Assembly (NCBI GenBank): GCA_043797665.1
Contig: JAZDPL010000005.1
Span: 1 to 15,176 of the forward strand
DNA: 15,176 bases
Direction of reading: 5' to 3'
From: Candidatus Omnitrophota bacterium
GTDB taxonomy: Bacteria > Ratteibacteria > UBA8468 > MWAK01
The notes beneath the pieces were generated by a model. The model worked only from the letters and a program-made list of their open reading frames with translations. It searched no databases and was not told the DNA's origin. Positions 8,545 through 15,176 of the stretch are shown here, one piece after another; the first letter of the stretch is position 1, and each line of letters opens with the position of its first letter. The position numbers and the translations under genes were made by a program.

Positions 8545-10689
8545 ATGAATAAAATTGCAAAGTTTTTGATGGAAAAAGGCGAGTGGTTGGGCGCCGGCTT
8601 CCTTGAAGAACCAGAGGCTTCACCGATGATAAAGACCAGCCGGGCAATCAGACGCCAGTTAGAAAATGTTCCCCTGCCTCCCTATGAAGGTACCCTCCTC
8701 TACCCTTCCGGATTGAACACTCTATGGCATACAAAAAATCAAGTGTTTTCTTTTCATTATTCTTTTTCCTTATGCTTTGACCGGATTCACGCCACCAAAA
8801 TTATCGAGAACGCAACCGGTTCAGAAAAAAAGCGGCAATGGCAGGAGATAACAAACATCTTTACCAAGCATAATCTTTTTGACCCTACCGGTACTGTTGG
8901 TTCCAAATTCTGTGTCGGTGGTAATGGGTATACCCACAGTATACCCAATTACGGCCGGGTTCTGAAAGAAGGTCTGGTTTCTTACCGGGAAAGAGTTATC
9001 CGATACAAAGATGAAGCCAGCCTGACCAGAAATAAACAAAAAATGGAATTCTATCAAGGACTGGAAGATGTCCTGGCTGGAATTAAATCTTTACACCAAC
9101 GCATCATTACCACCATCAAAAAAAGCCCATCTGACGGTGCAAATAAAAAGTTACTTTTGAAAGCATACCGGTCGGTACCTTTCTTACCCGCAAGTAATTT
9201 TTATGAGGCGTTGGCTGCCACCAATTTCATCTTCTATTTAGATGGCTGTGATAGTTTAGGCCGGATTGACTATGAATTAGGTGCATTTTATCTCAGCGAC
9301 CTGAAGTCCGGGAAAATCACCCACCAAAAAGCAATAGAACTGATGCGGACGTTCTGGCAGAACTTTGACAATAACAACGGCTGGAACGTTGCCATCGGCG
9401 GCAGTAAGACGGACGGAACACCTGCCTATAACGAACTCACCCTGGTCTGTTTAGAAGCAGCCCGGAAGATGCGACGTCCCAGTTTGGCGCTGCGAATCAG
9501 AAAAGACATGCCGGACCAATACTTTGAATCCGCACTGGATACGATTAAAACCGGTTGCGGTCTCCCGGCTCTCTACAATGAAGAACTTTATCTTGATGCG
9601 CTGTGGAATAACCATCTCAACATTCAATACCGGGACATCTCTGACTATGCCTTTGGCGGCTGTACCGAGACAATGATTCACGGAAAATCCAACGTGGGTT
9701 CTCTGGATGGCGGTATTAACTTGTTGGGAATTCTGGAAGAAACATTAACAAAATTTTCTTTAAACGCGTCTGATTTCCGGGAAGTTATGGAAGTCTATAA
9801 AAAAGACTTAGGCAATGCCATTAGCGACATGACCAGCCAGATTAATCGGGACCAGGAAAGAAAAGCAAAATACCGCCCCCAGCCGATGCGGACTCTGTTC
9901 ATTGACGATTGCCTTGACGCCGGGAAGGAATACAATTCCGGTGGAGCCAGATATAACTGGAGTGTGGTCAACGTAGGTGGTCTGGCTAACGTGGCGGATT
10001 CGTTGATTGTAATAAATGACCTCGTCTATGACCGGAAGAAGGTTTCCGCTAAAAATTACCGGCAGGCACTCCGGAAGAACTTCGCAGGTTTTCCGGAATT
10101 ATTAAAAGAAATTAAGCGCTGTCCCAAATATGGGAATGACGAAGAAGAGGTTGACGCGATTGCCAAAGAGGTGGCAGATTTTGTCTTTGCTGAGTTCCGG
10201 CGTTATGCCTGCTGGCGGGGTGGACACTTCCTGCCCGGTTGCCTGATGTTCGTTACTTATGCCTCCGAAGGCACCAAGGTTATGGCAACACCGGATGGCA
10301 GAAAAGCCAGGGAACCGATTGCCGATTCTATCGGTCCTTACCAGGGCCGGGACAAAAACGGTCCAACCGCAATGCTCAAATCGGTAGCAAAACTAAATCA
10401 ACCTGCTGGAATCGGTACCCTTATCCTGAATATGCGGTTTTCCCGTTCTTTTTTTGACGACGCTAACAGCCGTAAAGCAATAAAAGACATGATTCGTACC
10501 TACTTTGGGTTGGGTGGAATGCAGATACAAATTACGGTGGTGGACCAGAAGATATTGAAGGATGCCATCCTCCATCCGGAAAAGTACGAGGACCTGATTA
10601 TCCGGATTGGTGGTTATTCCGAATATTTTAACCGCCTCACTCCGGAGTTAAAAGAGACCGTTTTAGCCCGTACCGAGTATAACCCATAA
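8545..10689 (+). CDS. Glycyl radical enzyme (PFL-like superfamily), uncharacterised type; GRE1
   Basis: SLGRID, Cys loop FGGCTE (Cys373), GGARYN, PKYGND, ATPDGRKAREPIADS, Gly finger RIGGYS (Gly690); SD AGGAG at 8536-8540. Confidence 0.92.
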   Translation: MNKIAKFLMEKGEWLGAGFLEEPEASPMIKTSRAIRRQLENVPLPPYEGTLLYPSGLNTLWHTKNQVFSFHYSFSLCFDRIHATKIIENATGSEKKRQWQEITNIFTKHNLFDPTGTVGSKFCVGGNGYTHSIPNYGRVLKEGLVSYRERVIRYKDEASLTRNKQKMEFYQGLEDVLAGIKSLHQRIITTIKKSPSDGANKKLLLKAYRSVPFLPASNFYEALAATNFIFYLDGCDSLGRIDYELGAFYLSDLKSGKITHQKAIELMRTFWQNFDNNNGWNVAIGGSKTDGTPAYNELTLVCLEAARKMRRPSLALRIRKDMPDQYFESALDTIKTGCGLPALYNEELYLDALWNNHLNIQYRDISDYAFGGCTETMIHGKSNVGSLDGGINLLGILEETLTKFSLNASDFREVMEVYKKDLGNAISDMTSQINRDQERKAKYRPQPMRTLFIDDCLDAGKEYNSGGARYNWSVVNVGGLANVADSLIVINDLVYDRKKVSAKNYRQALRKNFAGFPELLKEIKRCPKYGNDEEEVDAIAKEVADFVFAEFRRYACWRGGHFLPGCLMFVTYASEGTKVMATPDGRKAREPIADSIGPYQGRDKNGPTAMLKSVAKLNQPAGIGTLILNMRFSRSFFDDANSRKAIKDMIRTYFGLGGMQIQITVVDQKILKDAILHPEKYEDLIIRIGGYSEYFNRLTPELKETVLARTEYNP

Positions 10690-10712
10690 TGAAACAAACG
10701 TAAGAATGTAAC

Positions 10713-10762
10713 GTAGGGGCGCCATTCATGGCGCCCGCGGGCTTGATAAATCAAGCCCCTAC
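10713..10762. repeat. GTAG-type REP inverted doublet
   Basis: GTAG+GGGCGCCAT-TC-ATGGCGCCC, a GC spacer, then inverted GTAG+GGGCTTGAT-TT-ATCAAGCCC. Confidence 0.9.
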
Positions 10763-10777
10763 AGTTATTGGGAATAC

Positions 10778-12961
10778 ATGGACAGATTAGTGGAAAGGGT
10801 AAAGGAGCGATATAATTACCGGACCGGCGAGTCTTTTGCCGGTTCGTACATTTCGCTGCTGAAATGGAGAGGTCTGGCGGAAACGCACAGTTCTGATTCT
10901 TTTTGCTATAAAAAGGCTTTGGCGTTTAAGACGGTCTGCCATGACATTGAAAAAAAAGTCTTTCCGGAAGAACTGATTGTCGGATGGCTGCCGGACATTG
11001 ATGCGAAAAAATATCAAAAGGTACTGTCAGAATATCAGAAAAAATTTGGCGTTTTTGCGGAAGAGATAAAGGGAGGCGGTCAGGCTGGTCACTTCGCACC
11101 CAATTACCGCCGGCTTCTAAAGACTGGCCTGAAGACAGTTCATGAAGAAGTCTGTGCGAAATTGGCCTCTCTTGACCCGGCAATACCGGAGAATATCAGC
11201 AAGATTGAGTTTCTGAATGCGGCCAAAATAACTTTAGAAGAGTTCAAAACTTTTTGTCAGGCTTACGCAGAATTAACCAAAAATATGGCAAGAAAATCTG
11301 ACATAGATTCCCGCTTTAAACATGCGGGAATGACAGAACAAAGGCGGAAGAAGGAACTGTTAGAGATTTCCCGTATCTGTGCTAAAGTTCCCTGGGAACC
11401 AGCGGAATCATTCCAGGAGGCGCTCCAGGCAATCTTCTTTATTTACCTGGGTCTTCTCTTTGATATCCCCACGCTTACCTCTTTTGGAAGATTAGACCGA
11501 TATTTAGAACCATATCTGAAAAAAGACTTAGCTAAAGGTAAAATAGACTGGGAATTTGCGCTCCGGCTGATGCGTAATTTCTGCGCTAAAGTGAATGAAT
11601 TTTCAATTCTTCCGCAATCGGTTATGGTTGGCGGCAGAACCGCAGACGGCAAACCATATTTCTCTTCCGCAACTAAATTGGTCATGGAAGCGATTGACCG
11701 AAACCGCCTCCTCAACCCGGCGTTAGGTGTGGCTTGTTGTAAAAATATGGCCGAATACCTGTGGGAAAAATCAGTTGCGATGCTTGCGGACGGTTTTGGA
11801 CACCCGGCGCTCTTCGGAGACGAAACGATTACCGGAGGATTGATTGATGTTGGGGTTTCAATAGAGGATGCCTGCGAGTTCGTCCATTGCACCTGTACGG
11901 AAATAACCATACCGGGCCGGGGTTACATCTGGGTTACCGCTGACTATATCAACTTTCCGAAAGTTTTTGAGTATATCTGGTACCAGGGTAAGGACAGGAA
12001 CAAGAAAGAAGATGGAGTAGATACCGGCGGGTTATCCAAATTGAACAGTTTCAACAAGATGGTTTCGGCAGTAAAGAAACAATTGGCAAACCAGGTCTAC
12101 CGGAATACGGTTACCCAGAACCGTCTGGTCTGGCGCCGGATGCAGTTTGACCCTAATCCTTTCGCTTCCTGTCTGGTTGATGACTGCATCAAAAGAGAAG
12201 AGGATATTACCCGGGGTGGCGCAATCTATAACTTTCTCTACCCCCAACTGGTCGGACTGGCTAACGTCACGGATGGTCTGTTAGCGATTAAAAATTTGGT
12301 TTATGAAAATAAACGTTTATCCCTTTCTGAACTAAAGACTGTTTTGGAAAAGAACTTTATCGGGTTTGAACCGTTACGCCAGGGAATCATCAATAAAATG
12401 CCCAAGTACGGCACAGACGACGATGAAGCAGATAAATTAGCGAGTGAATTGGCAGGATTCTATTGTTCAGAAGTACTTAAGTACCGTACTCCGCTTTCCC
12501 GGTACTACCCGGGTTTTCTGGTCTGGCGTCTCCACCTGCCTTTTGGTCAGGACTGTATGGCGACACCGGACGGCCGCCGGGAAGGTACACCCCTGGCTGA
12601 CAGCCTGGCGGCGATGCAGGGGCAGGCAAAGAAAGGTATCACCGCCATCCTCAACAGCGCAATAAAACTGAACCTCTCCCGGGCAATTGGTGCCGCGGTG
12701 GTCAACCTGCACGTTCAGCCTTCATTACTGGAAACTCCAGAGGACCGCAAAAAGTTCGCCGACTTGCTTAAAGCCCATTTTCAAAACGATGGTTTTGAGG
12801 TCCAGGTAACCGTGGTCAGTGCTGAAGAACTGGAAAAGGCGATAACAGAACCCGAGAAGTACCGGGACCTCATCGTTCGGGTAGGCGGCTACAACGACTA
12901 CTTTACCCGCCTGGATCCGGAACTCCAGAGAACTATTATTGAACGGGCGCGGAGAGCGTAG
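10778..12961 (+). CDS. Glycyl radical enzyme (PFL-like superfamily), uncharacterised type; GRE2
   Basis: ELIVG, GHFAPNY, SFGRLD, Cys loop HCTCTE (Cys371/Cys373), [21 protein letters not shown], Gly finger RVGGYN (Gly704). Confidence 0.92.
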   Translation: MDRLVERVKERYNYRTGESFAGSYISLLKWRGLAETHSSDSFCYKKALAFKTVCHDIEKKVFPEELIVGWLPDIDAKKYQKVLSEYQKKFGVFAEEIKGGGQAGHFAPNYRRLLKTGLKTVHEEVCAKLASLDPAIPENISKIEFLNAAKITLEEFKTFCQAYAELTKNMARKSDIDSRFKHAGMTEQRRKKELLEISRICAKVPWEPAESFQEALQAIFFIYLGLLFDIPTLTSFGRLDRYLEPYLKKDLAKGKIDWEFALRLMRNFCAKVNEFSILPQSVMVGGRTADGKPYFSSATKLVMEAIDRNRLLNPALGVACCKNMAEYLWEKSVAMLADGFGHPALFGDETITGGLIDVGVSIEDACEFVHCTCTEITIPGRGYIWVTADYINFPKVFEYIWYQGKDRNKKEDGVDTGGLSKLNSFNKMVSAVKKQLANQVYRNTVTQNRLVWRRMQFDPNPFASCLVDDCIKREEDITRGGAIYNFLYPQLVGLANVTDGLLAIKNLVYENKRLSLSELKTVLEKNFIGFEPLRQGIINKMPKYGTDDDEADKLASELAGFYCSEVLKYRTPLSRYYPGFLVWRLHLPFGQDCMATPDGRREGTPLADSLAAMQGQAKKGITAILNSAIKLNLSRAIGAAVVNLHVQPSLLETPEDRKKFADLLKAHFQNDGFEVQVTVVSAEELEKAITEPEKYRDLIVRVGGYNDYFTRLDPELQRTIIERARRA
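11303..11335. repeat. Single REP arm in frame within GRE2 (encodes [11 protein letters not shown])
   Basis: ATAGATTCCCGCTTTAAACATGCGGGAATGACA matches intergenic 7421-7453 at 30/33. Confidence 0.9.
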
Positions 12962-12963
12962 TA

Positions 12964-13033
12964 TATCATCCTGAGGGGATAGCCGAAGGATCTCAGCAAA
13001 AAACGAGATTCTTCGCTAACGCTCAGAATGACA
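12964..13033. repeat. TGTC-type REP doublet (CTCAGAATGACA family)
   Basis: TATCATCCTGAG..GAAGGATCTC..GAGATTCTTCGCTAACGCTCAGAATGACA; shares AGATTCTTCG and CTCAGAATGACA with 8449-8536. Confidence 0.85.
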
Positions 13034-13041
13034 TCCAAATA

Positions 13042-13944
13042 ATGAAGGCTTTAATATTCAATATTCAGCGGTTCTGCATCCACGATGGACCGGGTATCCG
13101 CACGGTGATATTTTTCAAGGGGTGTAGACACCGGTGCGGGTGGTGTCACAATCCGGAGTCAAAAAAGCCTTATTCCCAAATACTCTTCTACCCGGACAAA
13201 TGTTTAGCCTGCCGAATCTGCGTTGCGGTCTGTCCGAACCAGGCGCTAACCTTGGATGATTCACAAAAAAAAGTGGTTTACCGCCCGGAACGATGCAAGA
13301 AATGTTTTGCCTGTGCTGAAGCTTGTCCGGCAGAAGCCATTGTCCGTTGCGGTAAGGAAATGACCGTTGAAGAGATATTTAACGAGGCGATAAAGGACAA
13401 GGCTTTTTACGAAACCTCCGGCGGCGGGGTAACCGCCTCCGGCGGTGAACCGCTTCTCCAGGCAGGATTTGTGGCTAGACTCTTCACTAAACTTCAAAAA
13501 TCGTCCATTCCTACCGCAGTGGAGACCGCGGGTGGAATTGACTGGCGATATTTTGCCAAAGTCTTACCCGTTACCGACCTTTTCCTTTTTGACCTGAAAT
13601 CCGGTGACGCCAGGCGTCTGAAAACCGCTACCAATGCTGAATTCCAGATGATAATTTCCAACTTAAAAAAACTCCTGTCCACCGGCAAGCCGGTTATCAT
13701 CCGCATTCCGGTCGTTCCCGGGTTCAACAGTACGCCCAAAGAATTGGAAAAGATAGCCGGAATCCTGCACAAATTACCCGGGAATTTTTCCGTTGAACCG
13801 CTCAAATATCACACTCTGGCAATCAACAAGTATTGGAGTTTGGGAGAAAACCCACCAAGAAAACAGTTCACCCCGGAAAAGATAGACAAGGCGTTTCAGA
13901 CCACCCAAGAGTTCTTTCGTAAAGCCAGCTTTAAAGTACTCTAA
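13042..13944 (+). CDS. Glycyl radical enzyme activating enzyme (radical SAM) with 2x[4Fe-4S] ferredoxin-like insert
   Basis: [28 protein letters not shown] (CxxxCxxC), [12 protein letters not shown] and [45 protein letters not shown]. Confidence 0.95.
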   Translation: MKALIFNIQRFCIHDGPGIRTVIFFKGCRHRCGWCHNPESKKPYSQILFYPDKCLACRICVAVCPNQALTLDDSQKKVVYRPERCKKCFACAEACPAEAIVRCGKEMTVEEIFNEAIKDKAFYETSGGGVTASGGEPLLQAGFVARLFTKLQKSSIPTAVETAGGIDWRYFAKVLPVTDLFLFDLKSGDARRLKTATNAEFQMIISNLKKLLSTGKPVIIRIPVVPGFNSTPKELEKIAGILHKLPGNFSVEPLKYHTLAINKYWSLGENPPRKQFTPEKIDKAFQTTQEFFRKASFKVL

Positions 13945-13973
13945 TTGCGGTATTTTAAAAAATGCGGTAAAAT
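13945..13973 (+). promoter_or_regulatory. Putative sigma70 promoter for amrS
   Basis: TTGCGG (13945-13950), 17 nt, TAAAAT (13968-13973). Confidence 0.5.
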
Positions 13974-14003
13974 ATTTGTGCCCATTGTATTAGATGTTTT
14001 CAG

Positions 14004-15014
14004 ATGAAGGAAGCGGGGTTTTATCAAAAAATAGCAGGAAACAGGGTACAATGTACCCTTTGTCCGCACCACTGCGTAATCAGTGACGGGAAAAAAGGAA
14101 AGTGCGGCGTACGGAAGAACCAAGAAGGGATTCTTTATTCCCTGGTTTACGAAAAAGCCTGTGCCTGTAACATCGACCCGATTGAAAAGAAACCTTTCTT
14201 CCACTTTTTCCCGGGTTCCACATCCCTTTCCGTATCAACGGTCGGTTGTAACCTCTCCTGCCTCTTCTGCCAGAACAGTGACATCTCCCAGGAGGTAAAG
14301 GAATCCGGTGAGGTATACGGTTTCAGCCTGCCGACTTCAGAGATTGTCCGGCAGGCGAAAACCCATCACTGTCAGTCAATATCCTATACCTATACCGAAC
14401 CCACGGTTTTTTTTGAATACGCGTTTGATACTGCGGTCTTAGCCAAAAAAGAAGGGGTGTATAATAACTTTGTTACCAACGGTTATACGGAAGCAGAACC
14501 GATTAAGGCGATTGCGCCGTACCTTGACGCCGCCAACGTAGATTTAAAAAGTTTCCGGGAGGAATATTACCATAAATTATGCGGAGGGAAACTGAAACCG
14601 GTACTGGATACCCTGATTCTGATGAAGAGTTCGGGCATCTGGCTGGAGGTTACCACTCTGGTCCTGCCGGACCAGAACGACAGCGACGAAGAACTTAAGG
14701 ATATGGCGCGTTTTATCAAAGAAAATTTAGGCGCAGAGACTCCCTGGCACATCAGCCGGTTCTTTCCGCGCTACCGGACAGGGAACCTTCCTCCGACACC
14801 GCCGGAAACCTTAATCCGGGCCCGGGAAATCGGATTGGAATCCGGTTTAAAGTTCGTCTACTCCGGCAATGTGCCTGGTGACTCAGGTGAAAACACCTAC
14901 TGCCCGGGATGCGGAAAATTAGTCATCGGACGTTACGGCTTCACCATCACCGAAAAACACCTCAAAGATAACGCCTGCCTTTCTTGTGGTCAATCCTTAT
15001 CCGGTATATTCTGA
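14004..15014 (+). CDS. amrS: AmmeMemoRadiSam system radical SAM enzyme
   Basis: N-terminal VQCTLCPHHC..GKCGVRKN, IDPIEKKPFFHFFPG, GCNLSCLFCQNSDISQ, SYTYTEP, DAANVDLK, PWHISRFFP, C-terminal TYCPGCG..CLSCG. Confidence 0.88.
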   Translation: MKEAGFYQKIAGNRVQCTLCPHHCVISDGKKGKCGVRKNQEGILYSLVYEKACACNIDPIEKKPFFHFFPGSTSLSVSTVGCNLSCLFCQNSDISQEVKESGEVYGFSLPTSEIVRQAKTHHCQSISYTYTEPTVFFEYAFDTAVLAKKEGVYNNFVTNGYTEAEPIKAIAPYLDAANVDLKSFREEYYHKLCGGKLKPVLDTLILMKSSGIWLEVTTLVLPDQNDSDEELKDMARFIKENLGAETPWHISRFFPRYRTGNLPPTPPETLIRAREIGLESGLKFVYSGNVPGDSGENTYCPGCGKLVIGRYGFTITEKHLKDNACLSCGQSLSGIF

Positions 15015-15048
15015 TTTTTATAGCCTGACAAGGTGCCCAATAATTTCT

Positions 15049-15069
15049 GATTAAGCCGAAAGGCTAATC
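15049..15069. other. Short GAAA-tetraloop hairpin downstream of amrS
   Basis: GATTA(A)GCC-GAAA-GGCTAATC; no clear U-tract, so a terminator role is uncertain. Confidence 0.35.
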
Positions 15070-15104
15070 CCTGTCTTATATTATATCGCATCCTCCCTCC
15101 AAAC

Positions 15105-15133
15105 TTGACACAGGTTTTTATTTATGTTAAAAT
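15105..15133 (+). promoter_or_regulatory. Strong sigma70 promoter for a gene beyond the right edge
   Basis: TTGACA (15105-15110), 17 nt, TAAAAT (15128-15133) with extended -10 TG at 15125-15126. Confidence 0.8.
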
Positions 15134-15176
15134 CCTAATAGTAAATAAAATAGTATACAAGCGGAATATATGGAGT

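Noticed and set aside
8545..12961. Calling the GREs pflB, cutC, hypD or nrdD
   Set aside because: No adjacent CC in the Cys loop (PFL), no diagnostic partner genes, and no NrdD Zn/ATP-cone features; a specific assignment is unsupported.
4917..13033. Palindromic repeats as a CRISPR array or integron attC sites
   Set aside because: They are dispersed rather than regularly spaced, have no spacers, cas or intI genes, and lack RYYYAAC/GTTRRRY ends; they fit REP-type elements.
183..14752. Short alternative-frame and antisense ORFs in the track (e.g. 646-1071, 4894-5361, 8063-8497, 11443-11910)
   Set aside because: They overlap well-supported genes and show no recognisable motifs; likely shadow ORFs.
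15015..15104. Riboswitch or ncRNA around the GAAA hairpin
   Set aside because: Only one short stem, no recognisable aptamer motifs, and it lies upstream of the next promoter.

Overview
Bacterial genomic window. Left part: 3' portion of a membrane TMTC/DUF1736-like TPR protein gene (runs off the left edge), purL, and a convergent apbE flavin transferase. Centre/right: a putative anaerobic catabolic operon with a perfect sigma70 promoter and palindromic operator, encoding a FadR/GntR regulator, a non-acylating aldehyde dehydrogenase, a D-2-hydroxyacid dehydrogenase-fold protein lacking the usual catalytic Glu, two divergent short glycyl radical enzymes (GREs) with atypical active-site loops, and one GRE activase with a ferredoxin insert. 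An AmmeMemoRadiSam radical SAM gene follows, probably from its own promoter. The region is densely colonised by REP-like palindromes (a GTAG type and two TGTC/CGTC types). One sits in every enzyme-gene junction of the operon, some are nested in each other, and two lie in frame inside protein-coding sequence. The best candidates for novelty are the tandem-GRE pathway and the coding/nested REP system. All calls come from reading motifs by eye; no database searches were run.
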